Below the pieces are notes generated by a model. The model made no database searches and was not told the DNA's origin. It was given only the letters and a program-made list of their open reading frames with translations. Made by a program: the position numbers and the translations under genes. Positions 25,752 through 33,464 of a DNA stretch of 38,016 bases are shown here, piece by piece (positions within the stretch are counted from its first letter, which is position 1; every line of letters begins with the position of its first letter). The stretch is from positions 1 through 38,016 of the IMG/VR virus record IMGVR_UViG_3300043432_000200; one strand, 5' to 3'. This DNA is from a virus (taxonomy: Duplodnaviria; Caudoviricetes).

Positions 25752-26101
25752 CAGTCGGAGGCCTCGGCCCCGAACTGCTCGACCAGCTCGGCCTTCGTGT
25801 AGGCCTCGGCCACGGCCGCGGGGTCGTCGCCAGTGACCGACGCGGCGTAGTTGACCCACTCGGCCTTCGACGCGCTGGGCGTCGGCCGGCTGGCAGGCGT
25901 GGGGGCCTCGGACGCGGGCTCGGGGGCGGGCTCAGGCGCCGGCGCCGGCTCGGGGGCGGGCTCGGGCGCCGGGGGCTCCGGAGCGGGCGTGGGGGCCTCC
26001 TGGGGCTCGTCCTCGGGCTCGATGGTGGAGCCGGCCCGGGGCTCGGGCGGTGCGGGGGCGTGGCGGTCGCTGGCGCCGCCGTGGACGGTGATCTTGGCCA
26101 T
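25751..26101 (-). CDS. Pro/Glu-linker protein with a C-terminal helix-extension-helix-like domain
   Basis: PEPAPEP linker; RP..SASKAEWVNYA...YTKAELVE. Confidence 0.7.
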   Translation of the reverse strand: MAKITVHGGASDRHAPAPPEPRAGSTIEPEDEPQEAPTPAPEPPAPEPAPEPAPAPEPAPEPASEAPTPASRPTPSASKAEWVNYAASVTGDDPAAVAEAYTKAELVEQFGAEASD

Positions 26102-26115
26102 GGTGCGTGTTCCCT

Positions 26116-27441
26116 TCAGACTCGTGTGCCACCGATGGCACGGAGGATGTAGTCGGCGAGCAACTGGCCGAGGAGCCGATGCCCGAGGTCGGACAGGTGG
26201 ACGCGGGCATTGTCGGGGTCCGAGGTGGAGGTGATGCCGTACGTGTCCGCCGTGGACGTACCCACCCAGCCAGTGATCTCGCGGAAGTCAAAGACGGCCG
26301 CGCCCCGGTCGTCGGCCGCCGCGCGGATGGCCTCGGCGTAGGCGTCGAAGCTCGTGGACGTCGTGCCCATGCCGTGGGGGATCTCCAGCAGGAACGAGGG
26401 CACGGGCAGGCTGGCGTTGGTGCACACGTAGGCGATGCGATCCATCACGGTCAGCAGGTTGCGCCGGAAGGTCGTAGGCGAGTCGCCGGCCGTGTGCTCG
26501 TTCGCTCCGAAGGCCATGGTCACGAGCCGGGGGGCGAGCGTGGGCAGGGCGTCCGTCCACCAGGTCGTCGCGCCGGACACGGCGAACGTGGCGGCCTTCG
26601 AGCCGAACCGCCCGGCGTTGATGCACCGCACGCCCGAGCCCGTGCGGGCATTGGCCGCTGACAGGGCGCCCTGGCTGCCCGAGGTGTTGCCGTTGCCCCG
26701 GAAGAACAGGATCCCCTCGATGCGCGGAGGGAACAGGGCGTCGGTCGCTGTGATGCGCACCGCGTGGCTGGCGTCGGACAGGGCACCCGAGTCCCAGAAG
26801 TTGCCTCCCGTGACGGCCGCTGGCGCCAGGCTGGGCACGTTCACGGATGCGCCGCCGTCGACCTGTACCCCGAACTTCCCGATGAGGGCCCCACCCGTGT
26901 AGAGCACCCAGAAGCGGTCGCAGGTCTCGGTGATCTCGATGTAGCCGCCGTTCGCGGCCGGGCCCACGGCCCCATACCCCAGGCCCGAGGTCTCGAACTC
27001 CGTCACGGTTCCCGAGGTCGTCCAGGTGGCGGCGTAGCTGAGCGATGAGTGCTTGGGCCGGTAGCCGGCGGCCGCGGAGTCGCCGGCGGCCGTCTGGAGG
27101 GCCGTGGCGGCCAGCTTCGTGTACCTCAGGTCTGAGGTGGTGGCGTAGAACCCCTGGGTGATCGAGTCGCCCATGGCCAGCCACGTGAGCAGGCCCGAGG
27201 CCATGGCCGTGCGGGCGGAGATCAGGCGCTCGGCCTCGGTGAGTCCGGGCACGCCCGAGCCGGGGAGGTTGTCGACCACGCCCTTCAGGCGCCCGTTGGT
27301 GTCGCGCTCCAGGCGCAGGTCGGGCTCGAAGGTGATGGCGCCGTCCACGATGGTGAGGCGCTGGCCGCGGTAGAGCGGACCGGCGGCCGCCGTGCTGGCT
27401 CCGTCGATCGTGGGCCCCGCGTCTCGTCCGATCTTCGCCAT
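26116..27441 (-). CDS. SGNH/GDSL esterase-domain protein (441 aa)
   Basis: Blocks GDSIT, NAGRFG, GANE and VHLSDLGH. Confidence 0.85.
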   Translation of the reverse strand: MAKIGRDAGPTIDGASTAAAGPLYRGQRLTIVDGAITFEPDLRLERDTNGRLKGVVDNLPGSGVPGLTEAERLISARTAMASGLLTWLAMGDSITQGFYATTSDLRYTKLAATALQTAAGDSAAAGYRPKHSSLSYAATWTTSGTVTEFETSGLGYGAVGPAANGGYIEITETCDRFWVLYTGGALIGKFGVQVDGGASVNVPSLAPAAVTGGNFWDSGALSDASHAVRITATDALFPPRIEGILFFRGNGNTSGSQGALSAANARTGSGVRCINAGRFGSKAATFAVSGATTWWTDALPTLAPRLVTMAFGANEHTAGDSPTTFRRNLLTVMDRIAYVCTNASLPVPSFLLEIPHGMGTTSTSFDAYAEAIRAAADDRGAAVFDFREITGWVGTSTADTYGITSTSDPDNARVHLSDLGHRLLGQLLADYILRAIGGTRV

Positions 27442-28127
27442 CAGGCTGCCACCACCAGGAAGTCGTCGAAGCTGACGGCGTCGGACTGGTTGGCGGCGAT
27501 GCCGGCGTTGGTGCCGGTGAGGCCCGCGCTCACGGTCCAGGTTCCTTGGCTGTACCAGGTGTTGAAGTCCACCTGGTCGGTGAGGAAGACCTCGCCGGCG
27601 GTGCCCACGACGGTCATCTTGGCGTAGAACGGGTCGTAGTTGTTCACCAGCTGAGCGACCGGATTCTGGAGCGTAGTTACGCCCGTGTAGCCGACGCCTG
27701 CCACCATCTCGAAGGCCCGACAGAGCCAGCCCCCGCCGGTCTTGGTGAGGTCGAAGAGGATGTGGTTCAGATTGTCGGTCCAACGGCCCACGATGCCTAC
27801 GTCGTTGCCCGAGAGGTTGGACGGGATGACCTTCATGGTGATGGTCACGTTCGTGGCGCCGCTATCGGCGTAGATGAACTCATAGCCGGGCGCCGGCGCC
27901 GCGGTCATGCGAACCGCGTTCGACACGATGCGCCACGTCGCGGCCGAGCCGCCCCAGACTTCGCCGGTCTCGGCCGAGCCGATGCCCGTGGCGTTGGCTC
28001 GGGTGAACGTGTCCGACACGAGCGGGCCCGCGGCGACGCCGTTAGGTGTGAGGTCCACCAGTCGCGCCCCGCCGCGGCCCACGGTGCGAGAGCCGGAGAA
28101 GCCGGACAGGAACAGGCGGGCGGTCAT
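27441..28127 (-). CDS. ConA/lectin-like beta-sandwich protein (228 aa)
   Basis: SDTFTRAN...GIVGRWTD..N...AGI...FDDF; fold inferred. Confidence 0.65.
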   Translation of the reverse strand: MTARLFLSGFSGSRTVGRGGARLVDLTPNGVAAGPLVSDTFTRANATGIGSAETGEVWGGSAATWRIVSNAVRMTAAPAPGYEFIYADSGATNVTITMKVIPSNLSGNDVGIVGRWTDNLNHILFDLTKTGGGWLCRAFEMVAGVGYTGVTTLQNPVAQLVNNYDPFYAKMTVVGTAGEVFLTDQVDFNTWYSQGTWTVSAGLTGTNAGIAANQSDAVSFDDFLVVAA

Positions 28128-28411
28128 GGGCTCTGGCGGCCCACCTGGAGCACGTTGGCGGTCTCGGTGGCGGCGGCCACGATGCCGTAGACGCCCGAGC
28201 CCCACGAGGGGACGTCGATGCTGATGGACTCGCCCACCGCCAGGGGGAAGCCCTGGGCCGTGGTCACGTCGGAGCCGCCGATGTAGATCGGGTTGGCCCC
28301 GCTGTTCTTGACGAGCAGGGAGCGCGTGCCCGTGATGTTGCGGTCGAGCAGGGTGGCACTCGTGCCCACCGAGACGGCCGCGGCCTTGACGGCGGTCGTC
28401 TGGATGCTCAC
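28124..28411 (-). CDS. small beta-strand virion-associated protein (95 aa)
   Basis: SVGTSAT...RSLLVKNSG..IYIGGSDVT..GFPL..GES. Confidence 0.7.
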   Translation of the reverse strand: MSIQTTAVKAAAVSVGTSATLLDRNITGTRSLLVKNSGANPIYIGGSDVTTAQGFPLAVGESISIDVPSWGSGVYGIVAAATETANVLQVGRQSP

Positions 28412-28671
28412 GCGTTGACCTCGGCCGCCTGGGCGGCGCGGAACTGCTCGATGACGTCGGTCGGGAGCGGGCCCTTGGGGCGGAGGGGGATGCCCTCGCC
28501 CTTGGCCCAGGCGCGCACGGCCGCCGCGTCCACCCTGGGGGCAGGCGCGGCGGCCTCCGCCGTCGGTTCCGGCTCGGTCTCGCCCGCCTCGGTGCGGTGG
28601 TCCACGTAGGGGCCCAGCTTCCCGAGACGGCGCAGGACATCGGCCGGCGACTGGAAGGCGCGGGGTGCCAT
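28408..28671 (-). CDS. Lsr2-like DNA-binding-domain protein
   Basis: AVRAWAKGEGIPLRPKGPLPTDVIEQF matches the Lsr2 C-terminal domain pattern. Confidence 0.75.
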   Translation of the reverse strand: MAPRAFQSPADVLRRLGKLGPYVDHRTEAGETEPEPTAEAAAPAPRVDAAAVRAWAKGEGIPLRPKGPLPTDVIEQFRAAQAAEVNA

Positions 28672-28673
28672 GG

Positions 28674-29126
28674 CTAGGCGGCCACCAGCGCGCCGGTGCC
28701 GTCGTACGGGTACCAGGTGCAATACCACGTGATGGCGCCGTCGGTGCCGGTCGAGACGTGCTCGATCTGGCCGATCGGGGCCACCACGGCGGCCCCGATG
28801 TCGATGGATGCGACGCCCCCGCGGATGATGCCGCTGGCGCCGGCGGGCGTGAGCATGTCGCCCACGGGCGTGTCGACGGTCCCCAGATCGGTGGCCGCGC
28901 AGATGTCCGTGGTGGTGCCCGTCGTCGGGTTGCTCTGAAGCTTGTAGGAGTTGGCGACGGTGATGGCCGTCGTCACCACCCCGATGAGGCTGGTCACGAC
29001 GACCAGCCCCCCGGAGATGGTGAAGAGCGCCACCGTGGAAGCCGCCAACGTCCCCGTTGCCTTGGACACGACAGGTGACCCGAGGGTCAGCATCCGTATC
29101 TGGTTGTTGGGGATGAGGGTGGACAT
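28674..29126 (-). CDS. putative capsid decoration protein, paralog B
   Basis: Highly similar to 29130-29591; located downstream of the capsid gene. Confidence 0.65.
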   Translation of the reverse strand: MSTLIPNNQIRMLTLGSPVVSKATGTLAASTVALFTISGGLVVVTSLIGVVTTAITVANSYKLQSNPTTGTTTDICAATDLGTVDTPVGDMLTPAGASGIIRGGVASIDIGAAVVAPIGQIEHVSTGTDGAITWYCTWYPYDGTGALVAA

Positions 29127-29129
29127 GGT

Positions 29130-29591
29130 TCAGGCCGCCACCAGCGTTGCGCCGTCATCGAGCGGGCACCACATGACGTTCCACGTGATGGCCCCGTCGG
29201 TGCCGGCGCTGACGTGCTCGATCTGGCCGATGGTCAGGGCCGTGTTGAGCATGCACGTCCCGTAGCCGATGCTGATGAGCTTGGGCGGGGCCGTGGTGGT
29301 GGCCAGCCCGAACTGGAGGACGTCGCCCGCGAGCGTGTCCGTGGTCCCGATGTCGGTCGCCGCGCAGAGGTCCTGCGTGTCGCCCGTCGTCGGGTTCAGC
29401 TGAAGCTTGTAGCTGTTCGCCACCGTGATCGACGTCGTCACGACGCCCCACATGGCGGTCACGAGCACGCGGCCGCCGGCGATGGTGAACAGGGGGACGG
29501 TGGTGGCAGCCAGCGTGCCCGTGGCCTTGCTGACCGGGCCGGAGCCCAGCAGAAGCGACCGGAGCTGGTTGCCCTGGATGATCGTGGACAT
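29130..29591 (-). CDS. putative capsid decoration protein, paralog A
   Basis: GGAGG RBS; VSKATGTLAA...ITVANSYKLQ.NPTTG.T.D.CAATD.GT...IGQIEHVS.GTDGAITW shared with paralog B. Confidence 0.65.
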   Translation of the reverse strand: MSTIIQGNQLRSLLLGSGPVSKATGTLAATTVPLFTIAGGRVLVTAMWGVVTTSITVANSYKLQLNPTTGDTQDLCAATDIGTTDTLAGDVLQFGLATTTAPPKLISIGYGTCMLNTALTIGQIEHVSAGTDGAITWNVMWCPLDDGATLVAA

Positions 29592-29605
29592 GGTGTGAGG
29601 ACCTC

Positions 29606-30106
29606 CTAGGCCAGGGGGGCGGCGAGGTTGGCCGGCGCCCGCATGACTTCGAGGTCGCGGAGCAGGTAGAGGATGGCGCAGTGCCGCGTGGCGTTGGTCC
29701 CCAGATCGGGGATGTCCAGCGACACGTAGTAGTAGCCGTCGCTCAGCTCCGTGGCGTCCACCTCGATGACGAGGAGCAGCTCCTCGGACGCGGCGCCCAC
29801 GTTCGTGATCTCGCTCGCGGCCGTCTGCGTGCCCTTGGTCCACGTCTCGTCACCGTCGAGCGTGGCCTCGGTCTTGTAGTAGTAGTGGTCGATGATGTCC
29901 AGGTCGGCGGTGGTGCCGCCGGTGGCCGCGGTGTGCTGCTGAAGGTCCACGTCGGTGATGTCGGTGGACGTGCCGGTGGTGATCACCACGATGGTGACGC
30001 CCCCGGCATTCTTCAGGCTCACGCGCTTGCCCGTGATGGCGCCCGCGACGGCATCCGTCGGCACGCAGCCGGTGGAGATGTCGAAGAGGCGACCGAGGCC
30101 TTCCAT
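29606..30106 (-). CDS. putative head decoration/accessory protein (166 aa)
   Basis: First gene after the capsid; VSLKN...LQQ...VIEVDATELSDGY.YVSL. Confidence 0.65.
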   Translation of the reverse strand: MEGLGRLFDISTGCVPTDAVAGAITGKRVSLKNAGGVTIVVITTGTSTDITDVDLQQHTAATGGTTADLDIIDHYYYKTEATLDGDETWTKGTQTAASEITNVGAASEELLLVIEVDATELSDGYYYVSLDIPDLGTNATRHCAILYLLRDLEVMRAPANLAAPLA

Positions 30107-30189
30107 TGTGCCTATCCCTTCCGGGCCGGGGCGTTACTGCCGACCCTTGGTGACGGGGCTCCGGACCGTCCGGCTACCCCGAGGACTAC

Positions 30190-30235
30190 CGCTACGAAGG
30201 TGTAGCGAAGCCGGTTCCGCTACGCCCGCGTAGCG
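30190..30235. repeat. two copies of the palindrome CGCTAC-N6-GTAGCG at the capsid gene 3' end
   Basis: 30190-30207 and 30218-30235. Confidence 0.7.
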
Positions 30236-31713
30236 AGCTTGACGAAGGGGCTCAGCGTGTTGGTGGACCCGCTGGCCGGAGTGATGGCGCTGTTCATCCA
30301 CGCCCGGCCGTCCACGCGCTCGATGACGCGATAGGCGGTCTTGTCGTTGCCGAACTTGTAGTGCGGCGAGCTGGTCGCGCTCATGACCTGACGGTCACCG
30401 ACCAGGTAGAAGCCCAGGTCCACGAAGTTGATATCGCCCACGGTGCCCACCGTCGGGGTCTTCTCGGTGAAGACCACGGGGCGGCCCAGGATGGTCATGG
30501 GCGGGCCGGCGGCGCCGTTGTTCAGCCAGACGGCCGAGCCGCCCGTGCCGACGCTGAGCGCCATCGTGGCCAGCTCGGGGAAGGTGTCGATGGAGCAGAT
30601 CCACACGGCCCGGCCGAGGGAGCTGGGCAGCATCCGCGAGTACATCTTGACGATGTTCTCCCAGACGACGGTGCTCGCGGCCTGGCCCGTCTCCTTGGTG
30701 ACCGACACGGCGGCGTTGGCGTTCAGGAAGCCCAGGGGCTCGCCCACGCCACTGCCATTGATGAAGGCGTCGTCCTCGTAGAACGCGAGGGCCTCGGGCA
30801 GCATCTGGTCGATGAAGCCCTGGAAGCTGATCACGCTGTCACTGATCAGCTCGTTCGGGACCTCGGTGTACATCGTCAGCTTCTTGGCGTCGAGCACGAT
30901 GCGCCCGAACGTCGCGGAGCTGTCGGTGAGGGCGGCGCCCTCCTCCGTCCAGTAGCCCACGAGGCCGCCGAAGATCGAGGAGACGCGGCTCGTCTCGTCG
31001 ATGGCCGGGAACGGCACCCGGAGCGACTCCATGGGAATCACCCGCGCCCGGGGCCGCACGATGGCGGACTCCAGGGCGACGGAGAGGAGGTCGGCCCTCA
31101 GGTTCTCGGGGATGAGGAATCCGCCCTCGCTCGGAACCGTCGAGCTGAAGGCGTTGCGGATGCGGCCCAGCTTCGCCTGGGTCGGCGCGTCGTGCTGGGT
31201 GTTGTGCCAGATCGTGCGGAAGTAGTCGGCCGAATTGGCGAACTCCGCATCGATGCGGGCGCCCATCGCCCGGGGGTTGTAGAGGCCGTTCGAGCGGGCC
31301 GGCTGGTGGTGCGCCACGATGCCGGTGGCCAGCTGCATGTCGGGACGGCCGATGCCCTCGGGCACCTGCTCCTTCAGCCACGAGGCCAGGACGCGCTGGG
31401 TCTCCTCGCGCACCTGGGTGGCGATGCTCTGGTCCTTGTCGAGCACCGTCCGGGCGTACCGGCTGATGAACTCCGCGAAGTCCTCCTTGTGGGCGAACAG
31501 GGAGCGGATCGAGTCCGGATCCTCCAGCATCGCTTCGAGCTGGGCCGGCGTGTTGGGGATCGGCACGCGCTTGGGGGCGACCGCGGGAGCCGTGGCCGTG
31601 GCCGGGCCGTTGAAGATGCGGCCGACGTCGGCGGGGTCGAGCCCCATCTCCTCCAGGCGCGCCGCCTGGCCCTTCGTGGCCTTCCTACGCCCGCGGGTGG
31701 GGCTGATGCTCAT
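30220..31713 (-). CDS. major capsid protein (HK97 fold) with an N-terminal delta/scaffold region
   Basis: SEGGFLIPE, WTEEG, VPNELISDS, FINGSGVGEPLG, TILGRPVVFTE, GDINFVDLGFY, ERVDG. Confidence 0.95.
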   Translation of the reverse strand: MSISPTRGRRKATKGQAARLEEMGLDPADVGRIFNGPATATAPAVAPKRVPIPNTPAQLEAMLEDPDSIRSLFAHKEDFAEFISRYARTVLDKDQSIATQVREETQRVLASWLKEQVPEGIGRPDMQLATGIVAHHQPARSNGLYNPRAMGARIDAEFANSADYFRTIWHNTQHDAPTQAKLGRIRNAFSSTVPSEGGFLIPENLRADLLSVALESAIVRPRARVIPMESLRVPFPAIDETSRVSSIFGGLVGYWTEEGAALTDSSATFGRIVLDAKKLTMYTEVPNELISDSVISFQGFIDQMLPEALAFYEDDAFINGSGVGEPLGFLNANAAVSVTKETGQAASTVVWENIVKMYSRMLPSSLGRAVWICSIDTFPELATMALSVGTGGSAVWLNNGAAGPPMTILGRPVVFTEKTPTVGTVGDINFVDLGFYLVGDRQVMSATSSPHYKFGNDKTAYRVIERVDGRAWMNSAITPASGSTNTLSPFVKLATRA

Positions 31714-31750
31714 AGTGCCCTCCTCGGGGCATAGGGGTACCGGTGGTCTC

Positions 31751-33409
31751 TCACCTGAGGGCCTCCTCGCGGATGGCCCTGGTCAGCAGGACCGGATCGG
31801 GACGGGGTTCGATCTCGGCCGCCGGCTCGGGCGGTGCGCCCTCGGGCGCCGGGGCCTTGTTGGCCTGGATGCGGATGGCGGCGGCGATGACGTCGCCGAT
31901 GTCCTCCCAGGCGTTGGTTGGGACGGTCTGGGCGGGGGCCGGCTCGGGCTCGCGCCAGTGGGCGGCCGGGCGCTCGGGCTCGGGGGCCGGCTCGACCACC
32001 TCGGCCGGCGCTGCCGCGGCCACCGAGGCCAGGGTCTCGGCGACCGTCTCGGCGAGCGAGGGCTCGGGGAGCGGCTCGGGGGCGGCGTTCCACTGGGAGC
32101 GGTCGACCTCGGGCTCAGGCTCGGGCTCGGGGGCCGGCGGCGCCGGCGCGGCCGCGGCCAGGGTCGCCACCATCTCGGCGAGCATGTCGCCCGGCGTGAC
32201 CTCGATCTCGATCTCGGTGCCCTCGGTCTCCATCTCGGCGCCGCAGTTGGGGCACTCCTCGGTGCCCTCGGGCATCTCGGTTCCGCACTCGGGGCACGTC
32301 ATCGTGCCGTCCTGGTTCACGGGGTCCGTGGCCTGCTCGGCGGCGGGCGCGTCGTCCACGAGCGTGCGGAGCGTGGCGCGGAAGTCCTCGGCGTCGAACT
32401 CGAAGGGGTCGACGGCGCCGGCGAACAGGGCCGCCTTCACGAGTCCGCCCGTGGGGGGCTCCAGCTCTGCGAGGACCGCCAGGACGTTGGTCGCCCGGCC
32501 GTGCTCCTGGGCGCGGTGGTCGTCCATGGCGGTCTCGGCGACCAGGAGGTCGCACTCGGGGCAGTGCCGCATCTGGCCCGTGGGCGCTGCGTGGGCGTCG
32601 TCGGCCGGGGCGTCGGCGGGATTGCCGGTGAAGACCTCGTCCAGCTCGTCGGGGAGAGGCTGGGCCGCGGCCATGACGCCCGAATCGGTGAGGGCGGGCG
32701 CTGCGCCGAGGGCGGGGGCCGGGGCGTTCTCGCGGCCGGCGTAGCTGAAGATCGACAGGTCCCACTTCGCTGCCAGGCGGGGGGCCTCCTCCTCGGGGGG
32801 CTGCTCCTGGCGGATGGGCTTGGCCACTCGATCGGCGAGGCCATCGGCGACGGCCTCCTCCGCGGTGTACCAGCTCTCGGCCTCCATCTTCTTGCGCCAG
32901 CTCTTCTGGCCGCCCCCGCACCGCTCGGCGTAGATGGCGGCGATGTTGTCGCTCTGGCGGTCGAGGAGGTCCGCCATCTCGCGCATGTCGCCGGCGTCGC
33001 CCACGCACATGCCGGAGCCGTCGTGGATCATCATCTGGCTGAACGGCTGCATGACGCGCTCGTCGGCGGCCTGGGCGATGACGCTGGCGATGCTGGCGGC
33101 CAGGCTGTCCACGTGGGCGGTCACGTGCGCCGGGTGGCTACGGAGCGTGTTGTAGATCGCGATGCCGTCGAAGATCTCCCCACCGGGGGAGTTGATGCGG
33201 AGCGTGATGGCGGGGGCCGTGATGGACTTCAGCTCGGCCAGGAAGTCCTGCGCCGTGTGGCCAATCCACCCGATCTCGTCGTAGATGAAGACCTCGGCGG
33301 GCTGTCCATCGGTGCCGGCGCTGTTGCGGATGCGGTACCAGGAAGGGGCCGTGGCGTTGCGGACGGCGGCCATGGTCTTCAGGCGTGCACGGATCTTGTC
33401 ACGGTTCAT
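31751..33409 (-). CDS. ClpP-type head maturation protease with a long acidic/Pro-rich Zn-ribbon C-terminus
   Basis: IYDEIG, RINSPGGEIFDGIAIYN, SLAASIAS (Ser), MIHD (His), ESWYTAEEAV..GLAD; AAGGAG upstream of ATG 33409. Confidence 0.92.
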   Translation of the reverse strand: MNRDKIRARLKTMAAVRNATAPSWYRIRNSAGTDGQPAEVFIYDEIGWIGHTAQDFLAELKSITAPAITLRINSPGGEIFDGIAIYNTLRSHPAHVTAHVDSLAASIASVIAQAADERVMQPFSQMMIHDGSGMCVGDAGDMREMADLLDRQSDNIAAIYAERCGGGQKSWRKKMEAESWYTAEEAVADGLADRVAKPIRQEQPPEEEAPRLAAKWDLSIFSYAGRENAPAPALGAAPALTDSGVMAAAQPLPDELDEVFTGNPADAPADDAHAAPTGQMRHCPECDLLVAETAMDDHRAQEHGRATNVLAVLAELEPPTGGLVKAALFAGAVDPFEFDAEDFRATLRTLVDDAPAAEQATDPVNQDGTMTCPECGTEMPEGTEECPNCGAEMETEGTEIEIEVTPGDMLAEMVATLAAAAPAPPAPEPEPEPEVDRSQWNAAPEPLPEPSLAETVAETLASVAAAAPAEVVEPAPEPERPAAHWREPEPAPAQTVPTNAWEDIGDVIAAAIRIQANKAPAPEGAPPEPAAEIEPRPDPVLLTRAIREEALR

Positions 33410-33464
33410 GGTTCGGTTCCCACTCCTTGCAACATCCGCACTGTCAGTGAATGGTACAGCACCT

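Noticed and set aside
25900-26060. GGCTCGGG-type repeats (also 31930-32140 and 8733-8770) as a CRISPR array or iterons
   Set aside because: They encode Pro-Glu-Pro-Ala linkers; there is no repeat-spacer periodicity
33427-33440. TTGC-N7-GCA upstream of the protease gene as another operator
   Set aside because: The spacing is 7 rather than 6, and there is no -10 at 17 nt in the gene's direction
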